A stretch of 64,000 nucleotides of DNA from positions 5,737 to 69,736 of the forward strand of contig JAFEEJ010000264.1 of the NCBI GenBank assembly GCA_018241145.1. Direction: 5' to 3'. The notes beneath the pieces were generated by a model, which did not search any database, had not been told where the DNA came from, and saw nothing but the letters and a program-made list of their open reading frames with translations. Shown here in pieces: positions 52,879 through 61,830 of the stretch. Both the position numbers and the translations under genes were made by a program. Positions within the stretch are counted from its first letter, which is position 1; the number at the start of each line of letters is the position of its first letter. The DNA comes from Pseudomonadota bacterium (GTDB lineage: Bacteria > Pseudomonadota > Gammaproteobacteria > Xanthomonadales > Rhodanobacteraceae).

Positions 52879-53532
52879 ATGGCTATCGGCAAGCACGCGT
52901 TCGTTTCAAGGATCTGGCGGCGTGTTGCCGCAGCGGTGTTGCTTCTGGTCGCAGCACATGGCGCGCGCGCCGCATCGGTTTTCAAATGCGTGGATGCGCA
53001 TGGCGCGATCGCGTTTCAGGCGACGCCCTGCAATGAGGGCGCGCGACAAGCGTCGGTGGAAATCCACGAGCAGCCGTTGATCGACCCGGATGCGCCGGTG
53101 CGCGCGCCGGATTCGCTGGCTGGCGCATCGAACCGCCACGGACAGGCATCGAAATCGCGGGAGCGGGGAGGCCGCAACACACGTACCGCATCGAACCATG
53201 GCCGCAAGCAGAAGCCGGAGGTTTCCTACGAATGCCGCGCATCGGATGGCGAAGTGTTCTACCGGCATGCGAAATGCCCGGCTTCGGTGCCGGGCGATGG
53301 CATCGCGCGGTTCGGCGTCGAGCAACCGAGCACGGCTTCGCATCGCGGACGCAGCCGTTCGCGCGGCGGCGCGTGGTCGGCGGTGCGGGTGACCGCGCGC
53401 AAGGTTTCGCGCGAGGAAGCCTGCCGCGCGATCAATGCCGTCGCCGCCGATGGTCGCGACGGTCATGCGCGCGACGAGCAGGTTTCCGTGTACGACCACG
53501 ATCTCGGCCGCGATCCCTGCGGCGGCTACTGA
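52879..53532 (+). CDS. DUF4124 domain-containing protein
   Basis: A signal peptide is followed by VFKCVDAHGAIAFQATPC. The rest of the protein is basic and low-complexity. Confidence 0.7.
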   Translation: MAIGKHAFVSRIWRRVAAAVLLLVAAHGARAASVFKCVDAHGAIAFQATPCNEGARQASVEIHEQPLIDPDAPVRAPDSLAGASNRHGQASKSRERGGRNTRTASNHGRKQKPEVSYECRASDGEVFYRHAKCPASVPGDGIARFGVEQPSTASHRGRSRSRGGAWSAVRVTARKVSREEACRAINAVAADGRDGHARDEQVSVYDHDLGRDPCGGY

Positions 53533-53553
53533 CACGGCGCTCGATCCGAACGA

Positions 53554-54507
53554 TCACCGGGTTGTTGCGGCCCCGCGTTTCGCACGCACGTTGCCCCGGC
53601 TTCGCCGGTCGGCTTTCGCGTTGACGTTGGGCAATGGCCGGAACACCTGCGTGGCTTCTTCCAGCAGCCATTCGCGGAACGCGATGAAGCCGGCGTGTTC
53701 GCGCGAGCGCTGCGGATAGACGAGGTAATGGCCGTAGCGCGCCTTCAGCACCTGCGGAAACAACGCCACCAGCATGCCGGCTTCGATCAGCGGCTTGACC
53801 ATCGTGGTGCGGCCGAGCGCGATGCCGATGCCCTCGACCGCCGCGCGCTGGCGCGTTTCCGAATCGCTGAACGATGCGGCATAACGCCGCGGCGGTTTGC
53901 CGCCGAAGGTCGTGAACCATTCCGCCCAGGGATCCTCCGGGCACAGCAGCGGCCATTCGCCCAGATCTTCCAGTTTCGGCGGCTTGCGCGCTTTCAGCAA
54001 CAAAGGGCTCGCCACCGGTGTCAGCCATTCGTCGAACAGCGGTTCGGAGACCACGCCCGGCCATTGGCCCGGGCCGTAACGCAATGCCGCATCGAACCGG
54101 CCGTCCGCGAAGTCCACCAGTTCGATCGACGAATCCAGGTTCAATTCCATTTCCGGATGGCGCTTCACGAAGCGCGGCAGCCGCGGCAGCAGCCAGCTCG
54201 AACCCATCGACGGCGTGGCGGAAAGATTCAACGCGTTGGAACGCCGGCCGCACAGCGGGCGCATCGCCTGTTCGATCGCCTCGATGTGCGAGGCCACGTT
54301 GTCCAGCAGCATCTGGCCTTCGGCGGTGAGTTTCAGGCCGCGCGGCCCGCGCACGAACAGCGGACAACCGACGCGTTGTTCCAGCCCGCGCATCTGATGG
54401 CTGAGCGCGCTGACGGTGAGGTGCTGGCGCTGCGCGGCGCGTGTCAGGTTCTGCGCGCGCGCCACCGCGACGAAGTCCTGCAAGGCATTCAGGGGTGCGC
54501 GCGCCAT
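53554..54507 (-). CDS. LysR family transcriptional regulator (GcvA-like)
   Basis: The N-terminal wHTH is LNALQDFVAVARAQNLTRAAQRQHLTVSALSHQMRGLEQRVG. It is divergent from a DMT transporter gene. Confidence 0.88.
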   Translation of the reverse strand: MARAPLNALQDFVAVARAQNLTRAAQRQHLTVSALSHQMRGLEQRVGCPLFVRGPRGLKLTAEGQMLLDNVASHIEAIEQAMRPLCGRRSNALNLSATPSMGSSWLLPRLPRFVKRHPEMELNLDSSIELVDFADGRFDAALRYGPGQWPGVVSEPLFDEWLTPVASPLLLKARKPPKLEDLGEWPLLCPEDPWAEWFTTFGGKPPRRYAASFSDSETRQRAAVEGIGIALGRTTMVKPLIEAGMLVALFPQVLKARYGHYLVYPQRSREHAGFIAFREWLLEEATQVFRPLPNVNAKADRRSRGNVRAKRGAATTR

Positions 54508-54615
54508 GTTCGAAAATCCTCAAGTCAGGCTGGAAAATTCATCGCTACCGCGGCCGATGCATCGGCCATATTCTGTGCCTCCGACGTGTTTCACGCAACA
54601 TCGGAGCACACAGCC

Positions 54616-55680
54616 ATGTTGAATGAATTTGCAAGAATCGCCGGCGGGATGCTGTTCCTGCACGGCCATGTCGCCAACCCGGAAACCGCGCGCCTGCTGG
54701 CGCAAATGGGTCGCCCGGCGCCGCGCAAGCCACGCGGCGGGCGGCGTGTGCGGGCGATGCGCCATGGCGAGATCGGCACCCATGCCGTGCTGATCGTGCT
54801 GGCCGCGATCTGGGGCGGCTCGTTCCTGTTCCAGCGGGTGGCGGCGAAGGATTTCGGCCCGCTGCCGCTGGTGGAAATCCGGCTGGGCCTGGGCGCGTTG
54901 ATCCTCCTGCCGTTCCTGTTGCGCGAACGCGCGCGCTTCACGCGGTCGCGCTGGCCGGCGATCGTCGCGATCGGTGCGCTTTCCACCACGCTGCCGTTCC
55001 TGCTGTTTGCCTGGGGCGCCGAACGCGCGCCGGCAGGCATCGGCGCGATCGCCAACAGCATGGCGGTGCCGTTCGCCGCGTTGGCGGCGTACGCGCTGTT
55101 CGGCGAACGCATCGGCATGCGTCGTGCGATGGCGCTGGTGGCCGGCCTGGCCGGCGTGGCGGTGCTGGCCAGCGGCGACGTCGCGGGTTCCCGCATCGCC
55201 GCGGCGGTGGCGGCCGGCACGCTGGCCGCGCTGATGTACGGCGTCTCGACCAATCTGGTGAAACACCATCTCTCGGACCTGCCGCCGGCGGCACTGGCGG
55301 CTGCCGCGTTGCTGTGCGGCACGCTGGAGTTGGCGCCGTTCACGTTCTTCGAGTGGCCGAAAAACGCGATTCCCGCGCATTCGTGGGCGAGCGTGTCCGC
55401 ATTGGGCGTGCTCTGCACGGGCTTCGCGTACGCGCTGTTCTACCGGTTGATCGGCAAGGTCGGCGCAACGCGCGCGGCGATGGTGACGTATCTGGTGCCT
55501 GCGTTCGGCGTGGCGTGGGGCTGGTCGTTCCTGGGCGAACCGTTGACCCTCGGCATGGCGGCGGGCGGTGCGCTGATCCTGGGCGGCATGATTTTCGGCC
55601 AGCGCGAAGCGCGGCAAAAGGCACGCGCGCCGCGGCCGGCGCAGATCCGGCATGCGCGGCCGTGCGCAGATTGCGGTTGA
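54616..55680 (+). CDS. DMT superfamily (EamA-like) transporter
   Basis: It has ten TM segments and two EamA repeats. The first TM segment begins after the internal ATG at 54757, so the true start may be 54757 rather than 54616. Confidence 0.75.
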   Translation: MLNEFARIAGGMLFLHGHVANPETARLLAQMGRPAPRKPRGGRRVRAMRHGEIGTHAVLIVLAAIWGGSFLFQRVAAKDFGPLPLVEIRLGLGALILLPFLLRERARFTRSRWPAIVAIGALSTTLPFLLFAWGAERAPAGIGAIANSMAVPFAALAAYALFGERIGMRRAMALVAGLAGVAVLASGDVAGSRIAAAVAAGTLAALMYGVSTNLVKHHLSDLPPAALAAAALLCGTLELAPFTFFEWPKNAIPAHSWASVSALGVLCTGFAYALFYRLIGKVGATRAAMVTYLVPAFGVAWGWSFLGEPLTLGMAAGGALILGGMIFGQREARQKARAPRPAQIRHARPCADCG

Positions 55681-55703
55681 TCGCCGTGTCGGGGCACGAC
55701 GGG

Positions 55704-56108
55704 ATGGACCACCACTTTCCCACCGCACGGGAGTACTCGGCGCAGCGGGCCCGCTGCGCCGGGCTGACGGTCGTCGACATCGGCGAACACCAGCAAGCCG
55801 TCCACGAGTCCTATCGCAACGACGTGCTGTCGAACGTCAACGACGATTGCCTGCGGCTGGCGGTTTTCGAGGGCGATTATCGCTGGCACTACCACCCCGA
55901 TTCGGACGAGCTGTTCCTGGTGGTCGCCGGCAGGCTGGAGATCGATTTCGCCGATCGCGACACCCTGGCGATGACCGAATGGCAATACGTGGTGGTGCCC
56001 GCGGGCACGATCCATCGGACCCGCGCCATCGGCCGCACGGTCAATCTCACGTTCGAAAGGCAGCGCGCCGAAACCGTCTTCGTCGAGCGCGCCGACGCCG
56101 GGGCTTGA
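55704..56108 (+). CDS. cupin domain-containing protein
   Basis: The ~134-aa product has WHYHPDSDELFLVVAGRLEI and VVVPAGTIHRT, which are cupin motifs 1 and 2. Confidence 0.8.
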   Translation: MDHHFPTAREYSAQRARCAGLTVVDIGEHQQAVHESYRNDVLSNVNDDCLRLAVFEGDYRWHYHPDSDELFLVVAGRLEIDFADRDTLAMTEWQYVVVPAGTIHRTRAIGRTVNLTFERQRAETVFVERADAGA

Positions 56109-56158
56109 TCCGCACCGGTCGCGGGCAAGCGCGCGGGCCGAGGGCGTACACTGTCGGC

Positions 56159-56893
56159 ATGAATGCGCCCCGCGATCACTTCCGGTTCCCTCTGTCCGCG
56201 GCCTTGCTCGCGGCGTCGCTCTGTCTGCTGGCTGCGTGTTCGCAGGATGGCGGTTCCCCGGCCGCGCCGTCTCCCGCGGCGAATCCGCCCAACGATCACG
56301 CCGCGCAGGCGGCGGAAAAGCTGAAGCTGTATCAACAGATGCTCGGCGACCATCGCGACGACCTGGCCGCGCCGATCGGCGAAGAGATCGTCAACGATTT
56401 CGGCGACACGCCGGCCGCGGCGGAAGTGCGCAAGACGCTGCCGGGCATCGAGGCGAAAGCGAAAGCCGCGGCTGAAAGCGATCGGCTGGCGGCGCTGTGG
56501 ACCTATCAGACCGGCATGCAGTCCGGCGGCAAGCAGATCACCGCCAGCATCGGCAGCAGCAAGCCTGCGAACGCCGGCATCCAGCTGATCCTGCGTCGCC
56601 ACGCGAAGTGGGGCCAGAGCGTGTACCTGTTCGGCAGCGGCCATGGCTTCGTCTGCAAGGATCTGTGCAACGTGCCGATGCGTTTCGACGGCAAGCCGCA
56701 AAAGTGGAAAGCCTATCTGCCCAGGACCGGGGAGCCCGCGTTGTTCATCAAGGACGACGTGCGCTTCCTCAAGGCGATGGCAGGGGCCAAGGTCATCGAG
56801 ATGGACGTCGACAGCAAGGATCAGGGCAAGGAAACACTAGAATTCGAAGTCGGCGGCTACGACCCGGCCAAATTCCCCGAACTGAAGAAATAG
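56159..56893 (+). CDS. putative lipoprotein (hypothetical)
   Basis: The signal sequence has the lipobox LCLLAAC. I recognise no domain. Confidence 0.65.
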   Translation: MNAPRDHFRFPLSAALLAASLCLLAACSQDGGSPAAPSPAANPPNDHAAQAAEKLKLYQQMLGDHRDDLAAPIGEEIVNDFGDTPAAAEVRKTLPGIEAKAKAAAESDRLAALWTYQTGMQSGGKQITASIGSSKPANAGIQLILRRHAKWGQSVYLFGSGHGFVCKDLCNVPMRFDGKPQKWKAYLPRTGEPALFIKDDVRFLKAMAGAKVIEMDVDSKDQGKETLEFEVGGYDPAKFPELKK

Positions 56894-56920
56894 TCCGCTT
56901 TCCCGGCGTTCGATGCCTTC

Positions 56921-56944
56921 CGGAAGCGCGCGGCTTCCGTCTTG
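56921..56944 (+). terminator. weak candidate terminator hairpin
   Basis: The 7-bp stem cggaagc-gcgcg-gcttccg is followed by tcttg. The T-tract is poor. Confidence 0.3.
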
Positions 56945-57011
56945 AAAGGCGCGTGGCCCGCGCGCATGCTCTTGCCGCGCGTCGCCGGCCGTGCGTCAGC
57001 GGGGGAAGGAC

Positions 57012-57815
57012 ATGGAAGAGAAAATCTGCGTCTTCGACGACGTCTACAACGAGACTTCCGCGCGCGCGCAAGCAGAGCACGAAAAGACCGCCGCGTTCGG
57101 CATGCTGGCGCGGATGAAACTGTGGGACCGGCCGAAGGAAACCGACATCACGCTGGCCTCCACCGAGAAGCGCTACGAACCTTTCTGGCTGGCCAAGGCC
57201 ACGCGCCGCACGCTGTACAAGCGCAAGACCGCCTATCGCGTGCACGTCGAACACGCGCATGCGGTTTCGGTGGAACTGCTGGGCCAGAAACTGGCGGTGG
57301 ATCCCGCCAGGCGCGAACTCAACCTCGCCGCGCTGGAGGATTGCGAACGCACCGTTTCGCTTTCCGAATACTTCGACGGCCTGCACCGGCAGACGCCGGA
57401 AAAGACGCTGGCGGATTTCGCGGGCAGCTACACCTTCCGCGAGGTTTCCGGCAACGCCGAACCGAATTTCCTCGCGCCGACGGTCACGGCGGCGTCCGTG
57501 TTGCAGCAGGTGAAGGCGCGGCTCGCCACGGCGATCGAGGCCGACCAGGTCGAATCCGACGAGATCGACATGCAGGCGTTGAACCTGCTGTACCGCCCGG
57601 TCTATGCGTTCCAGTTCGCCTGGAAGGACAAGCAGGGCGTGATCGAGATCGACGGGCTGTCCGGGCGCGTCAACAAGGAAGGCAACATGCTCGGCAACGC
57701 CGTGCGCAAGCTCGGTTCACGCGATGCGCTGTTCGACCTCGGCGCCGACTTCGCCGGCATGGTGCTGCCCGGCGGCACCATCGTGGTCAAGCTGATCGAC
57801 AAACTGTCGAAGTGA
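57012..57815 (+). CDS. hypothetical cytoplasmic protein (267 aa)
   Basis: The RBS GGGGGAAGGA is strong. Codon usage is host-like. No signal peptide, TM segment or recognisable motif is present. Confidence 0.65.
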   Translation: MEEKICVFDDVYNETSARAQAEHEKTAAFGMLARMKLWDRPKETDITLASTEKRYEPFWLAKATRRTLYKRKTAYRVHVEHAHAVSVELLGQKLAVDPARRELNLAALEDCERTVSLSEYFDGLHRQTPEKTLADFAGSYTFREVSGNAEPNFLAPTVTAASVLQQVKARLATAIEADQVESDEIDMQALNLLYRPVYAFQFAWKDKQGVIEIDGLSGRVNKEGNMLGNAVRKLGSRDALFDLGADFAGMVLPGGTIVVKLIDKLSK

Positions 57816-57939
57816 ACCGCGTTGGTTGTGCGTTGCGCTTACACACTTACAGGAAAATCCCTACATCATCGTTGATTGATTCGGCGCATATTCCCAAATT
57901 GTCGGGTTTCCACCGACATCCTGATAAGGGAGAGCGCTG

Positions 57940-58155
57940 ATGAACATAAAGTCACGTATGGACCTCGTCCTCCAGCTTACTCATTGGTTCAACGGCCACT
58001 GGGAAGACCCAAGCTGGGGCAGGGATCACATGGTCCAGACAATTCTTGGCATTGTCATCAAAGAACTGTCTGCTGGAATCGTTGATACCGAAGCGCAGAA
58101 GCAGGTAGCCGGGGCGGCCGACAAGGTCATTGCAGCCGGGCTTCGAGCGAACTGA
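57940..58155 (+). CDS. small hypothetical protein (71 aa) in a low-GC islet
   Basis: The RBS AAGGGAGAG lies 6 nt upstream of the ATG, and a terminator lies 30 nt downstream of the stop. AT-rich codons are atypical for this genome. Confidence 0.5.
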   Translation: MNIKSRMDLVLQLTHWFNGHWEDPSWGRDHMVQTILGIVIKELSAGIVDTEAQKQVAGAADKVIAAGLRAN

Positions 58156-58185
58156 AGCCACAACGTACGTCTTGTTGCTTTTTCG

Positions 58186-58220
58186 AGCCGCCGCCGCTTC
58201 GCGGCGTCGGCTTTGTGTTT
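58186..58220. terminator. bidirectional intrinsic terminator
   Basis: The 12-bp stem agccgccgccgc-ttc-gcggcgtcggct has one mismatch. It is preceded by gcttttt and followed by ttgtgttt. It lies between the convergent 3' ends of the 71-aa ORF and the glycine-zipper gene. Confidence 0.7.
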
Positions 58221-58321
58221 CAGCGATGTTGAAGCAAAACCTCCCGATATCGTGGTGGCAATGCAAAGCAGATCGCTGGTTCCGTGCTGCGCGTAGCTTC
58301 GAAATCACAGCCCGGGATGAA

Positions 58322-58651
58322 TCAGTCCTGCACTTCGTCGCAGCGGCGTTCGGTGGTGGTGTACGTCTGGCTGTCCTGATGCGCCTTCTGCACCTTGTTG
58401 CCGACCACGCCGCCGGCCACCGCACCGCCGACCGTCGCCAGGGTCTTGCCTTTTCCGCCGCCGACCTGATGGCCGAGCAGGCCGCCGGCCACCGCACCGA
58501 TCGCCGTGCCGGCGACGCGATGTTGATCCTTGTGCGGCACCTTGTGCACCACCTGCACGTCGCGGCAGACCACTTTCGCGATCGCCGGCGTGGCGCTCAC
58601 GGAAGCCGCAACCAGGATCAACGCGGTACCGAGGCAATGTTGGATACGCAT
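58322..58651 (-). CDS. glycine-zipper 2TM domain-containing protein (secreted/outer-membrane-associated small protein)
   Basis: A signal peptide is followed by GTAIGAVAGGLLGHQVGGGKGKTLATVGGAVAGGVVG, a glycine-zipper motif. Confidence 0.8.
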   Translation of the reverse strand: MRIQHCLGTALILVAASVSATPAIAKVVCRDVQVVHKVPHKDQHRVAGTAIGAVAGGLLGHQVGGGKGKTLATVGGAVAGGVVGNKVQKAHQDSQTYTTTERRCDEVQD

Positions 58652-58843
58652 GTCGCCCTCCGGAGATTCACCATTCCTGCATGGACGTCGTGATGACCTT
58701 GCTACGCGGCCACGGGGCTGTCAAATCGCCGGTCACGTCGATTCAGCCGGCAGTCGGCCTCGCCGCGACGTTCTAGACGCCATGTTCAGCTGCTTTCCGC
58801 GACACTGGTTTCCGCGATTCCACCCAACTCGAGGATCAGGAAC

Positions 58844-59353
58844 ATGAAAGGAACCCTCACCACCCGAATCAAGAGGCACGCCACGATGCATGCACTGACC
58901 GCGGCCACCGCGGCCTTGCTGTTGTGCGCCGGTTCGCTTGCGTTCAGTCCGCGCGCCTCCGCAGCCGCCGATCTGGAATGCAAGATGAAATTCGCGATGA
59001 AGGGCTGGTCGGTGATCATCAAGAAAGCCGAAGGCCGTGGTGTCGTGACCTGCGCCAATGGCGAATCCATGCCCGTGCATCTGGAAGTGATCGGCGGCGG
59101 TTTGACCGCCGGCAAGTGGCAGATCGACGATGGCACCGGCTCCTTCACCGACGTGCACCACATTCGCGAGGTGCTGGGTTCCTATGCGCAGGGCGAGGCC
59201 AGCGCAGCGGCGATCAAGGCCGGTACCGCGCAAGTGCTGACCAAGGGCACCGTGTCGCTGGCGCTGGCCGGCGTGGGCCAGGGCATCGATCTCGGCCTTT
59301 CCGGCGCCAAGTTCACGATCACGCGCGCGGAACCGATGAAACACCAGCAGTAG
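58844..59353 (+). CDS. hypothetical secreted protein
   Basis: The signal peptide is ALTAATAALLLCAGSLAFSPRASA, with an AGGA RBS. I recognise no domain. Confidence 0.65.
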   Translation: MKGTLTTRIKRHATMHALTAATAALLLCAGSLAFSPRASAAADLECKMKFAMKGWSVIIKKAEGRGVVTCANGESMPVHLEVIGGGLTAGKWQIDDGTGSFTDVHHIREVLGSYAQGEASAAAIKAGTAQVLTKGTVSLALAGVGQGIDLGLSGAKFTITRAEPMKHQQ

Positions 59354-59372
59354 ATGCGGGCCGTGATACACG

Positions 59373-59405
59373 CCGCGGCGCGCAATGCGCCGCGGTTTTT
59401 TGTTT
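59373..59405 (+). terminator. intrinsic terminator
   Basis: ccgcggcgc-gcaat-gcgccgcgg is followed by tttttgttt. Confidence 0.85.
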
Positions 59406-59455
59406 CCGCGGGCGGTGTGTTCTACGCTTGCGCGATCGATGGCGCGGAGTAACGC

Positions 59456-60319
59456 ATGCAGGATCTGCTGAAACGCATCGACATGCCCGAATTGCCGCAT
59501 CAGGCGATCCATCTCGGGTTGCGCGTGCTGGCGGCGCTGGTCATCCTGCTGATCGGTTTCTGGGTCATCGCCCGCCTCGCCAACCTGTTCCGCCGCGCGC
59601 TGGAACGCACGCACATCGATGCGACGCTGACCGGCTTCCTGCGCAACCTCGCCTACGGCGTGTTGCTGGTGCTGCTGCTGGTGACGACGCTCGATTTCGT
59701 GGGCCTGCCCAGTGCGCCCTTCATCGCAGCACTCGGCGCCGCGGGCCTGGCGATCGGGCTGGCGTTGCAGGGTTCGCTCTCGAACCTGGCCTGGGGCGTG
59801 CTGCTGATCGTGTTCCGTCCGTTCCGGATCGGCGATTTCGTGCAGCTCGGATCGATCACGGGCACGGTCGAATACGTCGGCCTGATGCAGACCCACCTGA
59901 TCATGCCCGACAACCGCGAAGCGATCGTGCCCAACGCCAAGGTCGGTTCGGACGCGATCATCAATTTCAACCGGATGGCCAGGCGCCGCTTCGAGCTGGT
60001 CGTGGGCATCGGCTACGGCGACGACATCGGCCGCGCGATGCGGATCGTGCAGGGGCTGTTCGCGGAAGACCCGCGCATCCTGAAAGACCCGGCGCCGGGG
60101 GTGTGGGTCAACGCGCTGAACGCGAGTTCGGTCGACCTGGTGATCCGCGCCTGGACCGCGACCGGCGACCTGTGGGAAACGCAGACGGCCTTTACCCGCG
60201 CGCTCAAGGAGCGCTTCGATGCGGAGGGCATCAGCATTCCGTTCCCGCAGCACGAAGTGACGGTCAGGCAGATCGCGGATGCGGCGCAGGGGCCGGCAAC
60301 CGCGCCGCCCCGCAAGTGA
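59456..60319 (+). CDS. small-conductance mechanosensitive channel (MscS family)
   Basis: It has three TM segments. The pore-helix region is AALGAAGLAIGLALQGSLSNLAWGVLLIVFRPFRIGD, and the beta-domain contains GTVEYVGLMQT. Confidence 0.85.
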   Translation: MQDLLKRIDMPELPHQAIHLGLRVLAALVILLIGFWVIARLANLFRRALERTHIDATLTGFLRNLAYGVLLVLLLVTTLDFVGLPSAPFIAALGAAGLAIGLALQGSLSNLAWGVLLIVFRPFRIGDFVQLGSITGTVEYVGLMQTHLIMPDNREAIVPNAKVGSDAIINFNRMARRRFELVVGIGYGDDIGRAMRIVQGLFAEDPRILKDPAPGVWVNALNASSVDLVIRAWTATGDLWETQTAFTRALKERFDAEGISIPFPQHEVTVRQIADAAQGPATAPPRK

Positions 60320-60408
60320 TCTTGCGCAGCGGCCCCGCCGGCCTTGATGACGCGGCGGCGCGAATGCGCGACACTTGACCGCTGCCGCACCAGACGACGG
60401 GAAACAGC

Positions 60409-61830
60409 ATGGCCGACACGCGCGAAGCCACCGTTCCGGACATCGGCGATTTTTCCGATGTGCCGGTGATCGAGGTATTGGTGAAACCCGGCGACCGGGT
60501 CGAGAAGGACCAGGGCCTGGTCACGCTGGAATCGGCCAAGGCCACCATGGAAGTGCCGGCGCCCTTCGCGGGCACCGTGCGCGAAGTCAAGGTCAATGAA
60601 GGCGATGCCGTTTCGCAGGGCAGCGTGGTCGCGCTGATCGAAGCCGGCGATGCGGCAAAAGAAGCGCCTGCTTCGCATCCCTCTCCCGCCGGGAAAGGGG
60701 CTGGGGGTGAGGGTACGGCCCCTGCGCAAACTGCCGGACTGGCCGAGAAAGTTGAAGCGGGCAAGTCCGAACCCTCACCCGGCGCTGCGCGCCCGCCCCT
60801 CCCGGAGGGAGGGCGGGAAAACATGGGCGCGCCCACATCCGCTGCACGAGGCAGTGACTTTGCGGCGCCGCGTTCACCGCCGGTTCCCTTCGATGCAGAC
60901 ACCGTCGCGCCCGACAAGGTGCCCTATGCCAGCCCCGCGGTGCGCGCGTTCGCGCGCGAGCTGGGCGTTGATCTGGCGCGCGTGCGCGGCAGCGCGCGCA
61001 ACGGCCGCATCGTCAGGGAAGACGTGCAGCAATTCGTGAAGTCGGTGATGGCCGGCGGCGGTGCGCCATCCGCCGGCGCAACCGGCGGCGGACTCAACCT
61101 GCTGCCGTGGCCGCAGGTGGATTTCACCAAATTCGGCGGGATCGAGACCAAGCCCTTGTCGCGGATCAACAAGCTTTCCGGCGCCAACCTCGCGCGCAAC
61201 TGGGCGATGATCCCGCACGTCACGCAATTCGAGGACGCGGACATCACCGACCTCGAAGCGTGGCGCGTCGCGCTCAACAAGGAACACGAGAAGGTAGGCG
61301 TGAAGTTCACGATGCTGGCGTTCCTGATCAAGGCGGCGGTCGCCGCGTTGCAGAAATATCCCCGGTTCAACGCCTCGCTCGATGCATCGGGCGAGAACCT
61401 GGTGCTGAAGAAGTATTTCCACATCGGTTTCGCCGCCGACACGCCCAACGGTTTGGTCGTCCCGGTGATCCGCGATTGCGACAACAAGGGCGTGATCGAA
61501 ATCGCGCAGGAAATGTCGACGCTGGCGAAGAAGGCGCGCGACGGCAAGCTGGGCCCGGGCGAAATGTCGGGCGGCTGTTTCTCGATTTCGTCATTGGGCG
61601 GCATCGGCGGCACCGCGTTCACGCCGATCATCAACGCGCCGGAAGTCGCGATCCTCGGCGTGTCGAAATCGTCGATGCAACCGGTGTGGAACGGCCGCGA
61701 ATTCGCGCCGCGGCTGATCCTGCCGCTGTCGCTGTCCTACGACCATCGCGTGATCGACGGCGCCGCGGCCGCACGCTTCGCCACGTTCCTGGCGCAGTGC
61801 CTGGGCGATCTTCGCCGGCTGCTGCTTTGA
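60409..61830 (+). CDS. aceF: dihydrolipoyllysine-residue acetyltransferase (pyruvate dehydrogenase E2), single lipoyl domain
   Basis: The lipoyl domain carries [12 protein letters not shown], the PSBD is YASPAVRAFARELGVDL, and the catalytic motif is SLSYDHRVIDGA. Confidence 0.92.
   Translation: MADTREATVPDIGDFSDVPVIEVLVKPGDRVEKDQGLVTLESAKATMEVPAPFAGTVREVKVNEGDAVSQGSVVALIEAGDAAKEAPASHPSPAGKGAGGEGTAPAQTAGLAEKVEAGKSEPSPGAARPPLPEGGRENMGAPTSAARGSDFAAPRSPPVPFDADTVAPDKVPYASPAVRAFARELGVDLARVRGSARNGRIVREDVQQFVKSVMAGGGAPSAGATGGGLNLLPWPQVDFTKFGGIETKPLSRINKLSGANLARNWAMIPHVTQFEDADITDLEAWRVALNKEHEKVGVKFTMLAFLIKAAVAALQKYPRFNASLDASGENLVLKKYFHIGFAADTPNGLVVPVIRDCDNKGVIEIAQEMSTLAKKARDGKLGPGEMSGGCFSISSLGGIGGTAFTPIINAPEVAILGVSKSSMQPVWNGREFAPRLILPLSLSYDHRVIDGAAAARFATFLAQCLGDLRRLLL
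60679..60818. repeat. ~140-bp palindromic REP/MITE-like element lying in frame in the AceF inter-domain linker
   Basis: The element reads ccctctcccgccgggaaagggg + gggggtgagggtacggcccctgcgc ... gtccgaaccctcacccggcgctgcgcg + cccgcccctcccggagggagggcggg. The inner arms ggtgagggt and accctcacc are inverted, and both ends are hairpins. A related element lies at 63202..63320. Confidence 0.6.

Noticed and set aside
54616-54756. The 47-aa N-terminal extension of the EamA transporter ORF (MLNEFARIAGGMLFLHGHVANPETARLLAQMGRPAPRKPRGGRRVRA) as a leader peptide or separate small gene.
   Set aside because: It is in frame with the transporter and has no separate stop, and I recognise no motif. It most likely means only that the true start (54616 versus 54757) is ambiguous.
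57952-58497. A 181-aa minus-strand ORF crossing the low-GC islet and the glycine-zipper gene.
   Set aside because: It overlaps the glycine-zipper gene out of frame and crosses the bidirectional terminator at 58186-58220. It has an Arg/Ala-rich composition and no RBS.
60264-60917. The reverse-strand ORFs across the AceF and Lpd linker elements (60264-60917 and 62654-63361), which also give GEG/PSPP-type peptides.
   Set aside because: They are antisense to well-supported aceF and lpdA frames. The palindromic nature of the elements makes both strands stop-free. There is no independent support for coding.
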